59,922 bases of DNA, filler included, from 5 parts of 5 records of this genome joined end to end with filler, not necessarily neighbours in it; one strand, 5' to 3'. Counted from the whole stretch's first letter, positions 8,848 to 20,238 are shown. The notes: generated by a model from the sequence alone, not told the origin. Numbers and translations: made by a program.

Positions 8848-8993
8848 GATACCTCCAAACGACTTGGTTCCCCGACTTATGTCTCACACCAGCGCGCATG
8901 CCTAGCGGTCAATCGCGCTGGCGCATGCCCGGAGATATGCCTGCTTGCAATCTGCGCAACCCACCGCCCGTGACGCGATCGAGGCGACGGTTG

Positions 8994-10478
8994 CTACTCT
9001 GCCGGTGCCTGCTGTGTTTGCGGCCTTCTTGACCGGGAGTTCCTGGCGCTCGCCGCCAGTAAGAGGGCGATAGCAACAGCGCACACCGAAACCGGCATCA
9101 GGCTCGCCTGACCGAACGCATCGGAATTTCGAATGGTGTGGACAAGGGTGCCGCTGACCAGCAGGATCGTGCCCGCCAGTTTCAGCACACGCCGGCAGCG
9201 GGGCGCGTCTCCGATGAAGAGGCACGCTGCCACGATCGCCGTGAGCTGGAACCAGAACAGGGCCACCAGGCCTGCCTCTTCGGTGATGCCGCTGACCGAG
9301 GCCAGCAGGGTGAGGGCGAGCGTGGCGGGTGTGCCCCAGGTAATTCCTGCCCAAGCCGCTTCAAGCCGCGGCGTCGCCCGACCCTGCGCCTCCCGGCGGA
9401 CAAAGTAGATGTTCAAGCCGCTGGCGATGATCGTGGAAAGCGCGAGCCCGAACACGAAGTAAGCTATCTTGACCGGCAGGCCGCCCCAATTGCCGAAATG
9501 GATATTGTAAACGGAGCCGGAAATTTGCTGGCCGACTGTGCCGTCCGAAAGACCTGTGTTTCCGAGATACTGTCCGTCAGCGTCGAAATTGTAGTAGTCG
9601 CCAAAGATCAGGCGGTCGGGGTGGCTTGCAATGACGGAGACGTGTTGTCCGGCCGTTCCCGGATCATGAAGGATGAAATAGGTTGGCGAGATGTCCGGAT
9701 AGGTCTGTGCCAAATAGGCGAGGGGGGCAGCGATTTCGGCCAGCTCTGCTGGCGCTTCATTCACGGCGGGGTCTTCTCCGAAGATGGGGGCGAAAACTTT
9801 TGATGTGTCTTTGTCGAAACTGACAGCCGCAATGGCGAAGGCCAGGACGCTCGACAGGCCGAGGATGGCACCGGTCAGGGCATTGGAAATGTGGAAAGGC
9901 GCTGTCCATACGCTCAGCCGATTGTGCAGGTCAGCCAGACCAACCCGGTCCGCGCTGCGGCGCAGGGTGAACGCATCCCGGAAGATGCGTGGATGGGCCA
10001 GAAAGCCGGAAAGGGACAGTGCGATCAGGAATGCCCCCAGTGCCCCAACCACCGTCAGGCCCAGAATGTGAGGCAGGTGCAGGTAATAGTGCAGGTCCAA
10101 TAGAAACTGCGTCCACGGAAAATGTTCTCGCCCGGCAACATCTCCATCAGCTGTGGCGAAAAAGGCCTGCGTATCTGTGGTAATGACCGTTCGTGGCAGG
10201 TCTGGCCGGGGGAAGTTGATATAGAGGTGCGTGGTCGCCGGGTCTTCGCTTTCGAATACTGTCCGGGCGGCCTTTGCCGCGGCTTCGGGAGAGATCGTCA
10301 TCATTTCGGGCGCGGCTGGCTGTTCCCAGCGCTGGAATTCCCGATTGAAGACAGACAGCGTGCCCGTCACCGCCAGGATGTAAATGAGGCCGCCAAGTGC
10401 CAGTCCCAGGATGGAGTGCGCGGCAAGAGATCGGGCTACCCGGACGGAGGAGGATTTGGGCCAGAGAGTCTTTGCCAT
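8994..10478 (-). CDS. PepSY-associated TM helix protein (iron uptake/reduction)
   Basis: HSILGL, DLHYYLH, DLHNRL, IHFGNWGG heme-ligand-type motifs; start trimmed to ATG at 10478 after RBS GAGGA. Confidence 0.88.
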   Translation of the reverse strand: MAKTLWPKSSSVRVARSLAAHSILGLALGGLIYILAVTGTLSVFNREFQRWEQPAAPEMMTISPEAAAKAARTVFESEDPATTHLYINFPRPDLPRTVITTDTQAFFATADGDVAGREHFPWTQFLLDLHYYLHLPHILGLTVVGALGAFLIALSLSGFLAHPRIFRDAFTLRRSADRVGLADLHNRLSVWTAPFHISNALTGAILGLSSVLAFAIAAVSFDKDTSKVFAPIFGEDPAVNEAPAELAEIAAPLAYLAQTYPDISPTYFILHDPGTAGQHVSVIASHPDRLIFGDYYNFDADGQYLGNTGLSDGTVGQQISGSVYNIHFGNWGGLPVKIAYFVFGLALSTIIASGLNIYFVRREAQGRATPRLEAAWAGITWGTPATLALTLLASVSGITEEAGLVALFWFQLTAIVAACLFIGDAPRCRRVLKLAGTILLVSGTLVHTIRNSDAFGQASLMPVSVCAVAIALLLAASARNSRSRRPQTQQAPAE

Positions 10479-10488
10479 GATTTCCTCT

Positions 10489-11064
10489 TTAAACGGAGAG
10501 ACTGAGGTAAGCGACGGGCGCAATTGCTGAGCCGATAACAATCGTGCTTTTGCGCCAGAGGCGGCTGTGCGCGCCGGCGACGACGGCGATCACGGCCCAG
10601 AGCAGGGGAAACGCGAACATCGCCGTGACGAGATTGGTCGTGTGCTCGACGCCGGACTTCCGGAGCACGACAAACCCCGCCGTCGAGAAGGCGAGCGCGG
10701 CCAGCCCGGCCAGCGGCCCCAGCAGGATGCCGGCAGCGATGCGCCGCAGGATTTCGAGCGGACCGGTGGGAGCCGGCTTGGTGACCCGTGCGGTAGCCTC
10801 GCGCGCCGTCTTCCTGTCAGCCTTCACGTAAATCCAGCTGAGCGCCGCCATTGCGGCAATCATGATGACGACGATGCCGAGCGCCGATCCCTTGTCCGGG
10901 TGACTTGTCGCAGCCCAGCAGATGACAGACAGCGTGATGGCGGACCAGCCACCGGCCAGCCGCCACCCATTCGCTGTCCTCAGGCGCCAGGCGGCCTGCA
11001 GCAACCAGAGGCCGCAGACCACCATGAGGCACGCAAGGCCCCGGATCAGGAGTGCCGTTTCCAT
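10489..11064 (-). CDS. Hypothetical membrane protein in the iron-uptake operon
   Basis: Multi-TM 191-aa ORF tightly packed between the TonB receptor and PepSY genes. Confidence 0.75.
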   Translation of the reverse strand: METALLIRGLACLMVVCGLWLLQAAWRLRTANGWRLAGGWSAITLSVICWAATSHPDKGSALGIVVIMIAAMAALSWIYVKADRKTAREATARVTKPAPTGPLEILRRIAAGILLGPLAGLAALAFSTAGFVVLRKSGVEHTTNLVTAMFAFPLLWAVIAVVAGAHSRLWRKSTIVIGSAIAPVAYLSLSV

Positions 11065-11067
11065 AGA

Positions 11068-13191
11068 TCAGAAACGGCGCGCGACGCGCGCAACCACAGT
11101 CCGCTGCTCACCGGGGAAGCAATCGCCCCGGGCAAGGCAGGTGCCGTAATATTCCTCATCCGTGATGTTGCGGGCGTTGAGGGTTAGGTCCCAGTTCTCC
11201 GTCTCGTAGCCGATCAACAGATCGCCGAGGACCACACCATCTGTCACAACGCGGACAGGGCCGACGAGGCCGATCCCGTTGCTCTCGTTTTCACCGAGAT
11301 AGCGGATGCCGAAACCGGCCTTGAAGTTCGCCAGCGGGCCTGCTTCCGGCTGGTACTGAACCCAGGCGGAGGCCTGGTCTTCCGCGATGGAATCGAACGG
11401 GATGCCATTCGGCGATTCGGTATCGAGCAGGCTGAGATTGCCTTCGAGATACCAGTCGCCGAGTGTTGTCAGAGCTTCGAATTCGAAGCCTTTGGATGTG
11501 CCGGTTCCTTCCTGCTGGCTGTCCGGCTGGCCGATGATGGATGCCGGGTTCGGGAGGTTCGTTTCCTCGATCTCGAAATAGGCAGCGGTGATGTAGGTCC
11601 GCGTGCCGGGCGGCTGGTACTTGATGCCGGCTTCCCACTGTTCGCCCTCACGCGGCTTCAGCGGCTGGCTGGTGAAGCCGTCGAGACCGATCACGGGCTC
11701 GAAGGATTCCGCAAAGCTGACATAGGGGGAGAAGCCGTTCTCGAAGGCATAGAGTGCGCCGACGCTGAACGAGGTGGCATCGTCCGACTGAGTGGTTGAG
11801 GCTGTCACGGTTTCGGTGTCATCGTAGCGAACGCCGATATTGAACTTCCACGCGTTCAGGGAGATCTGGTCGTTGATATAGAGGCCATAATCTTCCGTCT
11901 CCGTATCACCTGGATCGTAGAAATTGGATGGGTCGTCAAAGGCGGCCGGGTAGCCGGGATAGACCGGATCAAAAGCGTCAAATGAGCCGATGCCGGCCGC
12001 ATAGATGTAGCGGCTGCCGATGGTAACGTCCTGATAGGCGATTCCGGCAAAGACTTCGTGCTCCAGCTGACCGGTGGAGAAGGTGTAACGCGCGCGGATG
12101 TCGAGCGCCGATTGTTCGGAGTAAGCTTCGTTCCTGTAGAAGGTGCGCGTGCCATTGCCGTCCGCGTCAATGCGCGGCGTCCCTGCGCCAAGGAAATCCA
12201 AATAGGACTGCCAGTAGTCGGCTTCACCGTCCTTGTAACGGAAGATCCCGTCGACCGAGAAATTCGGTGTGAATTCATGGGAGCCAAGCAGGCTGACCAG
12301 AATGGAGTCGGTATTGTAGCGGTTGAAGCCGGGTTCCCCATGATAGGTCGAGGCGTCGATTTCCTGACCGTTTGCATTTGCGCAGACAATCTCAGACGTG
12401 ATGGTCACATCACCGCTGACACAGCCAGTGCCTGTAAGCGGAAGGAACTGGGAGGAGGTGTCGCTATCCCGGTCGGAATATTCCACCATGGCTGTCAGGC
12501 GGGTGATGCCATTGTCATAGCTGATGGAGGGCATCAGGATGGCGGCGTCGTCATTGACCCGGTCGACCTGCGTGCCGCTCTCCCGGTAGACGCCGACAAG
12601 GCGGAAGAAGACATTTTCGGCAAGCTGTGCATTGAAATCACCGGCGGCCTGGTAGCGGTCATTGGTGCCGACGTCGAAGACGACTTCGTTGGACTTGTCG
12701 GGCCCTGCAAGTTTCGACACGGCGTTGACGATGCCGCCCGGTGTGCCCTTGCCATAAAGGACCGAGGCCGGGCCCTTGAGGATCTCGACCTGTTCGAGGA
12801 CATAAATATCCGTACGCGTGTTATTGTAATAACCGAACAGGACCTGCTGGCCATCCCGGTATTCTGCGGCGTCAAATCCCCGGACGCTCGCAAAGTCCCC
12901 GCGTGTAGCCGGTCCATAAGTGCCGGCATCCACGCCAGCTGCATAATCGAAGGATGCGGCGAGGGTCAGCGCGCCCTTGTCGCGAAACTGTTCTTCGGTT
13001 TCGATCGAGATGGACCGGGCGGTTTCCAGAATGGGGGTTGTCGTCTTGGTCGCGCCGAAGTCAGACAGTTGCCCTGTGACCCGGATGGTCTCGAGCCGTT
13101 TTTCGTCGGGATTATCGTCACTCATATTCTGGGCATAGGCTGCCCCTGCTGTCAGCATCGCTGCTGCCAGCACACTACCAAATTTCCGCAT
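11068..13191 (-). CDS. TonB-dependent siderophore receptor
   Basis: Signal peptide; TonB box ETIRVTG; plug motif VEILKGPASVLYG...PGGIVN; C-terminal Phe. Confidence 0.95.
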   Translation of the reverse strand: MRKFGSVLAAAMLTAGAAYAQNMSDDNPDEKRLETIRVTGQLSDFGATKTTTPILETARSISIETEEQFRDKGALTLAASFDYAAGVDAGTYGPATRGDFASVRGFDAAEYRDGQQVLFGYYNNTRTDIYVLEQVEILKGPASVLYGKGTPGGIVNAVSKLAGPDKSNEVVFDVGTNDRYQAAGDFNAQLAENVFFRLVGVYRESGTQVDRVNDDAAILMPSISYDNGITRLTAMVEYSDRDSDTSSQFLPLTGTGCVSGDVTITSEIVCANANGQEIDASTYHGEPGFNRYNTDSILVSLLGSHEFTPNFSVDGIFRYKDGEADYWQSYLDFLGAGTPRIDADGNGTRTFYRNEAYSEQSALDIRARYTFSTGQLEHEVFAGIAYQDVTIGSRYIYAAGIGSFDAFDPVYPGYPAAFDDPSNFYDPGDTETEDYGLYINDQISLNAWKFNIGVRYDDTETVTASTTQSDDATSFSVGALYAFENGFSPYVSFAESFEPVIGLDGFTSQPLKPREGEQWEAGIKYQPPGTRTYITAAYFEIEETNLPNPASIIGQPDSQQEGTGTSKGFEFEALTTLGDWYLEGNLSLLDTESPNGIPFDSIAEDQASAWVQYQPEAGPLANFKAGFGIRYLGENESNGIGLVGPVRVVTDGVVLGDLLIGYETENWDLTLNARNITDEEYYGTCLARGDCFPGEQRTVVARVARRF

Positions 13192-13207
13192 TATTGACCC
13201 CTTTGCG

Positions 13208-13268
13208 ATTGCGAGTGAGTCGCATTTAAAGAATTTCGCATAACATGTAAATGCGACTCACTCGCAAT
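13208..13268. promoter_or_regulatory. Two inverted alphaproteobacterial Fur-type iron boxes
   Basis: ATTGCGAGTGAGTCGCATTTA (13208-13228) and its exact reverse complement (13248-13268), directly upstream of the receptor start. Confidence 0.75.
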
Positions 13269-13441
13269 ATGTGCATCATTTGCAGACACTATGAACTTCA
13301 GCCAATTTGTGCCGGCAAAGCGCCGGCCCTGAAGCCTAGATCCGGACTGCAATTCTACAATATGAAGATGCACGCCGCTGTCCGCAGAAGACCTGTAGCC
13401 TCTACCCGGAAAAGCTGGATGGAAAATCTGTGCTCAGATAA

Positions 13442-14320
13442 TTACCGGGTCGGGACCGGCGCGTCACCCGAATAGTCGTAGAAGCCTTTGCCAACCTTGC
13501 GGCCGACCCAGCCAGCCTCAACATATTTCACGAGCAGGGGGCAGGGACGGTATTTTGTATCGGCAAGCCCATCATGCAGAACCTGCATGATTGACAGGCA
13601 GGTATCGAGGCCGATGAAGTCCGCCAGGGTCAGCGGTCCCATCGGGTGGTTGGCGCCGAGACGCATCGCCGTATCAATGCTCTCCACCGTGCCGACGCCT
13701 TCATACAGCGTGTACACGGCTTCATTGATCATCGGCACCAGGATGCGGTTCACGATAAAGGCCGGGTAGTCCTCGGCATTCGTCGTCGTCTTGTCCAGGC
13801 GGTTGGCGAAACCGATGGCGGTCTCGTAGGTTTCCTGGCTGGTCGCCAGGCCTCGGATCACTTCCATCAGTTTCATCAGCGGCACCGGATTCATGAAGTG
13901 CATGCCGATGAACATTTCCGGCCGGTCGGTGGTCGAGGCCAGGCGCGTGATGGAAATGGAGGACGTGTTGGTTGCCAGATAGGTGCGAGGCGGCACGATT
14001 TCGCAGATGGAACGGAAAATCTGTTCCTTGACTTCGCGCTTCTCGGTGGCGGCCTCAATAACCAGATCGTCGTTTTCGTGCGACTTGATCGAGGTGGACG
14101 TCTTGATGCGGGCCAAGGCCGCCTTCATTTCATCCATGCTGAACTGCTCGCGGGCGACCTGGCGAACCATGTTCTTCTCGATGGACTCCATGCCGTGTTT
14201 CAGCGCGTCTTCCGAGATGTCTGTCATCACAACATCATAGCCGGCAAGAGCGCTGACATGTGCAATGCCGTTGCCCATCTGGCCTGCGCCAATCACGCCA
14301 ATGGTCTGAAGCTCAATCAT
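13442..14320 (-). CDS. hbd: 3-hydroxybutyryl-CoA dehydrogenase
   Basis: GVIGAGQMGNGIA, ATNTSS, GMHFMNPVP, HPMGPL. Confidence 0.93.
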   Translation of the reverse strand: MIELQTIGVIGAGQMGNGIAHVSALAGYDVVMTDISEDALKHGMESIEKNMVRQVAREQFSMDEMKAALARIKTSTSIKSHENDDLVIEAATEKREVKEQIFRSICEIVPPRTYLATNTSSISITRLASTTDRPEMFIGMHFMNPVPLMKLMEVIRGLATSQETYETAIGFANRLDKTTTNAEDYPAFIVNRILVPMINEAVYTLYEGVGTVESIDTAMRLGANHPMGPLTLADFIGLDTCLSIMQVLHDGLADTKYRPCPLLVKYVEAGWVGRKVGKGFYDYSGDAPVPTR

Positions 14321-14451
14321 CCGCTCTTGCCCTGAGTCTTTTCGTCAATTGTCTGACATATCCTGTTTGTGCAGTGCGTCAAAGATCAAGTCAGCACATC
14401 AGATGAGCGGGGGCGGCGATGGCGAACTGGATGGAGATGTTGTTTCCGGAC

Positions 14452-14481
14452 AAAAAAAAGCCCGGCACAGGCCGGGCTTTT
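14452..14481 (-). terminator. Intrinsic terminator after etfA
   Basis: AAAAGCCCGGC-ACAG-GCCGGGCTTTT with an 8-U tract on the minus strand. Confidence 0.85.
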
Positions 14482-14506
14482 CGCTTATCTGGTGATGGCG
14501 GTTCGC

Positions 14507-15436
14507 CTAGAGCGCGTTCGTCAGTTCCGGAACGGCGACGAACAGGTCTGCAACCAGGCCATAGTCGGAGACCTGGAAGATCGGCGCTTCTTCATCCTTG
14601 TTGATGGCAACGATGACTTTGGAGTCTTTCATGCCAGCGAGGTGTTGGATCGCACCGGAGATGCCGATGGCGATGTAGAGTTCAGGCGCGACGATTTTGC
14701 CGGTCTGGCCGACCTGATAATCGTTCGGGGCGTAGCCTGCATCCACAGCCGCGCGCGACGCGCCGACAGCGGCGCCGAGCTTGTCGGCCAGCGGGAACAT
14801 CAGCTCCTGGAACTTCTCTGCGGAGCCGAGAGCACGGCCGCCGGAGACGACGCGCTTGGCGCCAGCGAGTTCCGGACGGTCCGACTTGACCATTTCTTCC
14901 GAAACGAATTCCGATTTGAACGGGCCCGCCGGGGCGTCGACCGTTTCGACCGAAGCCGAGCCGTCATTGCCGGCTGCATCGAATGACGTGCCGCGCACGG
15001 TGATGACCTTCTTCGCGTCGGAAGATTTGACGGTCATGATCGCGTTGCCGGCATAGATCGGGCGCTCGAAGGTCTCTGCATCGATCACGGCGGTGATCTC
15101 GGAGATCTGCATGACGTCGAGTTTTGCAGCGATGCGCGGGGCGATGTTCTTGCCCGTGGTGGTCGCAGCAATGAAGACGGCGTCATAATTCGCCATCAGC
15201 GGCACAACGAGGGCTTCCATGGCTTCGGCCGTCTGCTTGCGCAGCGTCTCGCCTTCAGCCTGGAGCACCTTGCGGACACCGGAGACCTTGGCGGCTTCCG
15301 GAGCGACGGCAGCGGCGTTCTCACCGGCGACCAGCAGGTCGACGTCGCCTCCGAACTTGGCAGCGGCGGTCACGACCTTGTGGGTCGCGTCCGACAGGCC
15401 GCCATGATGATGTTCTGCAATAACGAGCACAGCCAT
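14507..15436 (-). CDS. etfA: Electron transfer flavoprotein alpha subunit
   Basis: [27 protein letters not shown]. Confidence 0.96.
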   Translation of the reverse strand: MAVLVIAEHHHGGLSDATHKVVTAAAKFGGDVDLLVAGENAAAVAPEAAKVSGVRKVLQAEGETLRKQTAEAMEALVVPLMANYDAVFIAATTTGKNIAPRIAAKLDVMQISEITAVIDAETFERPIYAGNAIMTVKSSDAKKVITVRGTSFDAAGNDGSASVETVDAPAGPFKSEFVSEEMVKSDRPELAGAKRVVSGGRALGSAEKFQELMFPLADKLGAAVGASRAAVDAGYAPNDYQVGQTGKIVAPELYIAIGISGAIQHLAGMKDSKVIVAINKDEEAPIFQVSDYGLVADLFVAVPELTNAL

Positions 15437-15437
15437 A

Positions 15438-16095
15438 TCAGACGACTCCTGCGGTTTTCAGTTTCGACACGAGGGTGGCGACATCCTCGACCTTTTCGCC
15501 CGCCTGGCGTACCGGCGGTTCGGTGACCTGCACGACCGTCAGGCGCGGCGCAATGTCGACGCCATAGTCGGCCGGGGCCTTCTCGTCGATCGGCTTCTTC
15601 TTCGCCTTCATGATGTTCGGCAGGGACGCGTAACGCGGTTCGTTAAGGCGCAGGTCAACCGTCACAACGGCCGGCAGGGCCAGTTTCACGGTCTGAAGGC
15701 CGCCGTCGACTTCGCGGGTCACGGTCAGCGCATCGCCGTCCTTCTCCAGCTTGTAGGCGAAGGTGCCTTGCGGCCAGTCGAGCAGCGCTGCCAGCATCTG
15801 GCCGGTCTGGTTGGAATCGTCGTCGATCGCCTGCTTGCCGACAATGACGAGGTCGGGCTTCTCTTCCTCGACCACTTTGGCCAGCAGCTTGGCAACGCCC
15901 AGCGGCTCAACCGTTTCGTCGGTCTTGATCAGGATGCCGCGGTCACCGCCCATGGCGAGGGCCGTCCGGATGGTTTCCTGTGCCTGTTGCGGACCGATGG
16001 AAACAATGACGACTTCCGTGGCGGTGCCGGCTTCTTTCAGGCGGACAGCCTCTTCGACAGAAATTTCGTCGAACGGGTTCATCGACATCTTCACA
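15438..16095 (-). CDS. etfB: Electron transfer flavoprotein beta subunit (5' end cut by gap)
   Basis: [33 protein letters not shown]. Confidence 0.95.
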
Positions 16096-16195
16096 NNNNN
16101 NNNNNNNNNNNNNNNNNNNNNNNNNNNNNNNNNNNNNNNTTAATTAATTAANNNNNNNNNNNNNNNNNNNNNNNNNNNNNNNNNNNNNNNNNNNN
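16096..16195. other. Artificial contig linker
   Basis: 100 bp of N-run, TTAATTAATTAA (stops in all six frames), N-run. Confidence 0.98.
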
Positions 16196-17725
16196 ATAGC
16201 TGTGATACATGTTGAACTGCATCATTGCGACGATGGGTTCGAATTCCGGAACAAATGCTGCCAGAACACCAAGCTCGTTCATGCGTCTCAGCGCGCGTTC
16301 GGGATTGCCGTGTTTCAGCATCAAATCCAGAAAGATGCGCCGCGCCTCTTTGTTGTTGCGCATGTCGTCGTCAATTAGCGCCAGATTGGCCGTGACCAGC
16401 CGCATCGCGTCAGGATGGATCAACATCCCAGTGCGCAGGCCCTCTTCGAACAGGCGCAGCATGTTGACCTTGTCCGCAAGAAACGATTCAGGATCGGCCA
16501 CATCCAATCGCCCGTGCACGACTTTGTATCCGGGTTTGATCCGGGGCCGACGACGGAAAATACGCTCCAACAAAGGCGCGCTTTTCATGTGCGACGCTTC
16601 GAGCTTGGTCAGCAGAATCCGCGTCAGCTCCCCCACACGGGTGGCTTCGCGAAAATACTTCTGCATGAACACTTCGACGCCACGCCGACCAGCACGATCC
16701 TGATAGCCCATGCGCGCGGCGACTTCGACCTGCATGTCAAAGGTCAGCTGTTCGGTTGCACGCTTGGTTGCCAGATGCAGATGCGACCGCACCGCCCACA
16801 AGAAGTTTTCGGCTTGGGCAAAGGTGTCAAATTCTTCGTTGGTGAACAGGCCAAGCGGGACCAGCTCGGCGACATCCTGAACGTGATGCACATATTTGGC
16901 GATCCAAAACAGGGACTGTAGGTCACGCAGGCCGCCTTTGCCCTCTTTCACATTCGGTTCGACCATGTAACGCTGGCCTTGCTTGCGATGGCGTTGATCG
17001 CGCTCTTGCAGCTTGGCCTCGATGAATTCGCGTTCGGTGCCCTGGAACAGATCGGTTTTCAGCTTTTGATCCAACTCTTCGGCCAAAGGCGAATGACCCG
17101 CGATAAAACGCTGTTCCAACATCGCGGTTCGGATGGTGAAATCTTCGGTCCCGAGACGAATGCAATCTTTGATCGTGCGCGAGGAATGCCCCACCTTGAG
17201 CCGCAGATCCCACAGGATATACAGCATAGATTCAATGACACTCTCGGCCCAGGCGGTGATTTTGTACGGCGTCAGAAACAGCAAATCCACATCCGAGAAC
17301 GGCGCCATTTCACCACGCCCATATCCGCCAACGGCCAAAACGGCGATACGTTCGCCCTGTGTGGGTGTCGACAACGGATGCAGGATCTCGCTCGCGACAT
17401 ACATTGCCGTTTTGACCAATCCGTCAGTCAAATAGGTATAAGATCGGGTCAGGGGACGCGCCGCAAAGGGGGCTTTTGCGAAACTGTCCGCAATGGCGGC
17501 CCGTCCGGCTTTTTGGGTGTCGCGTAAGATGCGCACGACCTCACTGCGCATAGCTGGGTTGGCTATGTCAGCAGTGGATAATGCATCAATTTGTTGACGC
17601 ACAGAAATCGGATCAAAGATCTCTGTTGGCTCACAAATAAGAGGACCGGCAAGAGCCGGAGACAGCGGAGAGGCGTTGGTCGGATTAGAATCCGACACCG
17701 CCAAAGCTTTGTGGGGCAGAGTCAA
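16196..17725 (-). CDS. glnD: [Protein-PII] uridylyltransferase (3' end cut by gap)
   Basis: AVGGYGRGEMAPFSDVDLL, EPNVKEGKGGLRD, MQFNMYHSY. Confidence 0.96.
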
Positions 17726-18860
17726 TTACGACCACCTGTTTGTTTTGAATTGTTGCAACCGCCAGCCCACGTTCGTTGGTTCCGTCTGGGCGCAAGCGAA
17801 AGATGCCGCCAACGCCTTGAAACCCAGCGCTTTGAGTCAATGCTGCACCGGTTAGAGCATCTGATTTCCCAGCCCCGACAAGGGCACCGATTGCGGCGAT
17901 CCCGTCATAGGCAAGACCACCGATTGGATGCGGTGCACCGCCATATGCGCCTTCATATCGGGCACGGAATTGTTGTGACTTGCTTGGATCGGGAAGCGCA
18001 AACCAGCCACCCTGAACACCCGGCAGCTCAAGCGTCTGCGCAGGAATATCCCACCGGGTCAGGCCAATGTATTGTACGTCGGTGGGGCTAACGCCTGCCT
18101 CGGGCAGAAGCTGCGTATAAAGCGGCAACGCACCAGCTGTGGTTGCCGTAAGAAAGATAGAGTTGGCCCCGGTTGCGTCAACCGTGGCTTTGACCTGCGG
18201 GATACTGCTGATAACACCTTGTTGTGAGCGTTCGAAGGCAACGCTCCCTGCTAGGCTGGCACTGGTCCCAGCAATAGCCTGTTCAATCGCGGATCGTCCC
18301 AACTGACCAGCGGCATCGTTGCTGTGAACCATGACCATGTTGCCTTTGCCCTGACGGGCGGCAAAATTGGCAAGACGATTTGCGGTGTTGTTAAAGGTGG
18401 GGCCCAACACAAAGACGTTGCCCCCCGCAATGCTGGTGTTGTTCGAGAACGAAAGAACATTCACCTTGTTGCCCAGAACAGCCAAGCCAGCAGCATTGGC
18501 CGCTTGGGCGTATACCGGACCAAGAATGATCTTGGCCCCGTCGCCAACAGCTTGTTTAGCCACGGCTGCCGCCGTGTTCGCATCGCCTGCGGTGTCATAA
18601 ACACGCAAATCAATTTGCACATTCTGCAAGTCACCAATCGCCAACCGGGCTGCGTTTTCAAGGCTCTGTGCCAACACGGCATCCCCGGATTGTGCAGACC
18701 CTTTGGGTACCAACAACGCAACGGGAACGGGTTTGCTTGTATTGATCGTTGGGCCGCCACCGCCAATCGAAACAGGGTCACAGGCGGTCAGGAAAGCCGC
18801 CGACGCCAAAGCGAGGGTGGAAAGGACAATCTTTCGAGTGGGCTTGAAAACGGCAAACAT
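17685..18860 (-). CDS. Penicillin-binding protein activator (LpoA/LppC-like lipoprotein)
   Basis: Lipobox LTAC; periplasmic-binding-protein fold; conserved position divergent from rsmI. Confidence 0.8.
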   Translation of the reverse strand: MFAVFKPTRKIVLSTLALASAAFLTACDPVSIGGGGPTINTSKPVPVALLVPKGSAQSGDAVLAQSLENAARLAIGDLQNVQIDLRVYDTAGDANTAAAVAKQAVGDGAKIILGPVYAQAANAAGLAVLGNKVNVLSFSNNTSIAGGNVFVLGPTFNNTANRLANFAARQGKGNMVMVHSNDAAGQLGRSAIEQAIAGTSASLAGSVAFERSQQGVISSIPQVKATVDATGANSIFLTATTAGALPLYTQLLPEAGVSPTDVQYIGLTRWDIPAQTLELPGVQGGWFALPDPSKSQQFRARYEGAYGGAPHPIGGLAYDGIAAIGALVGAGKSDALTGAALTQSAGFQGVGGIFRLRPDGTNERGLAVATIQNKQVVVIDSAPQSFGGVGF

Positions 18861-18946
18861 CTAAATCAAAACTCCCTGATCCGGCTTTTGATAAGCCGTG
18901 TTGTATCAAACACCGATCATAAACGTACCAGAGGACGGGTCCAGCG

Positions 18947-19804
18947 TTGAATTACCTAAAGGTCAGATTGTCGCCGGGATTGTATTTTCTGGCGACCCCG
19001 ATTGGCACCGCGCGCGATATTACGCTGCGGGCCTTAGATGTTTTGGCCTCTGCGGATATGATCGCAGCCGAGGACACGCGCAGCCTGCGCCGGTTGATGG
19101 AAATCCACGGTGTTCCACTCGAAGGGCGCCGTATTCTTGCCTATCATGATCATAGCGGGGCGGGGGCTCGGGGTAAAATCCTTGATGCTATCGCTGCCGG
19201 GCAATCTGTTGCTTATGCATCCGAAGCAGGGATGCCGCTCATTGCGGATCCCGGGTATGATCTGAGTGTGGCTGCGGCAGATGCTGGGCATATGGTAACT
19301 GCCGCCCCCGGACCGTCAGCCGTTCTGACGGCTCTGACGCTGGGAGGTTTGCCAACAGATTCGTTTTTCTTTGCGGGTTTTTTGCCAAATGCCAAATCGG
19401 CACGCCGGTCACGGCTGGAATCACTCCGGGATGTGCCAGGCACTTTGGTTTTTTACGAATCCCCCAAACGGATCGCTGCCAGCGTCGCTGATATGGCCGG
19501 TGTCCTCGGGGGTGAACGCCCCGCTGCGATGTGCCGCGAGCTGACAAAACGGTTCGAAGAAGTGCGCCGGGGTTCCTTGCAGGAACTGGCGGCGGGTCTG
19601 GAAGAACAAGGCGTCAAAGGCGAAATCGTGATGCTTGTTGATCGCCGCAGAACCGAAGCGGTGAGCGACGAAGATATCGAAACCGCTTTGACCAAGGCTT
19701 TGGAAACGCATTCGGTCAAAGACGCGGCCGATATCGTGTCAAAAATGTACGAAATTCCGCGTCGTCCTGTGTATCAATTGGCGCTCAAGTTGGGAAAAGG
19801 CTGA
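18947..19804 (+). CDS. rsmI: 16S rRNA C1402 2'-O-methyltransferase
   Basis: ATPIG, AEDTR, AGMPLIADPG, YESPKR, RELTK. Confidence 0.95.
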   Translation: MNYLKVRLSPGLYFLATPIGTARDITLRALDVLASADMIAAEDTRSLRRLMEIHGVPLEGRRILAYHDHSGAGARGKILDAIAAGQSVAYASEAGMPLIADPGYDLSVAAADAGHMVTAAPGPSAVLTALTLGGLPTDSFFFAGFLPNAKSARRSRLESLRDVPGTLVFYESPKRIAASVADMAGVLGGERPAAMCRELTKRFEEVRRGSLQELAAGLEEQGVKGEIVMLVDRRRTEAVSDEDIETALTKALETHSVKDAADIVSKMYEIPRRPVYQLALKLGKG

Positions 19805-19805
19805 G

Positions 19806-20177
19806 ATGACCGCCCGCTCCACACGCAGCGCAATGGCGTATCATGCGGGCGAGGCAGCCGAACGGCAGGTCTGTGATGATTATCTAAGGCGGGGCTATGA
19901 ACTGGCCGCGCGGCGTTGGCGCGGGCAGGGCGGCGAGATTGACCTGATCTTTCGCGACACCCACGGCGTTGTGTTTGTTGAGGTCAAGAAAAGTCGGGAT
20001 TTTGCCCGCGCTGCGGAACAACTTGGCCAACGACAGATGGGGCGTATCTATGCCACTGCGGCTGAATTCTTGGCCGGTGAACCCAAGGGTGAATTGACAG
20101 ACAGCCGCTTTGACGTGGCGCTTGTGAACGGCACCGGGCGCATTCAAATCATCGAGAATGCGTTCGGATTGGGGTGA
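19806..20177 (+). CDS. yraN: YraN-family (UPF0102) endonuclease-like protein
   Basis: GEIDLI, FVEVK, RFDV; follows rsmI. Confidence 0.9.
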   Translation: MTARSTRSAMAYHAGEAAERQVCDDYLRRGYELAARRWRGQGGEIDLIFRDTHGVVFVEVKKSRDFARAAEQLGQRQMGRIYATAAEFLAGEPKGELTDSRFDVALVNGTGRIQIIENAFGLG

Positions 20178-20238
20178 TCGTCATTGAACACGCGCGATCT
20201 GTGCGCCATGTATCGGGCAACAGATAAAGGACAGTGTC

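Noticed and set aside
16140-16151. TTAATTAATTAA as a CtrA site or biological repeat
   Set aside because: Identical in all four N-flanked linkers; it is a synthetic six-frame stop.
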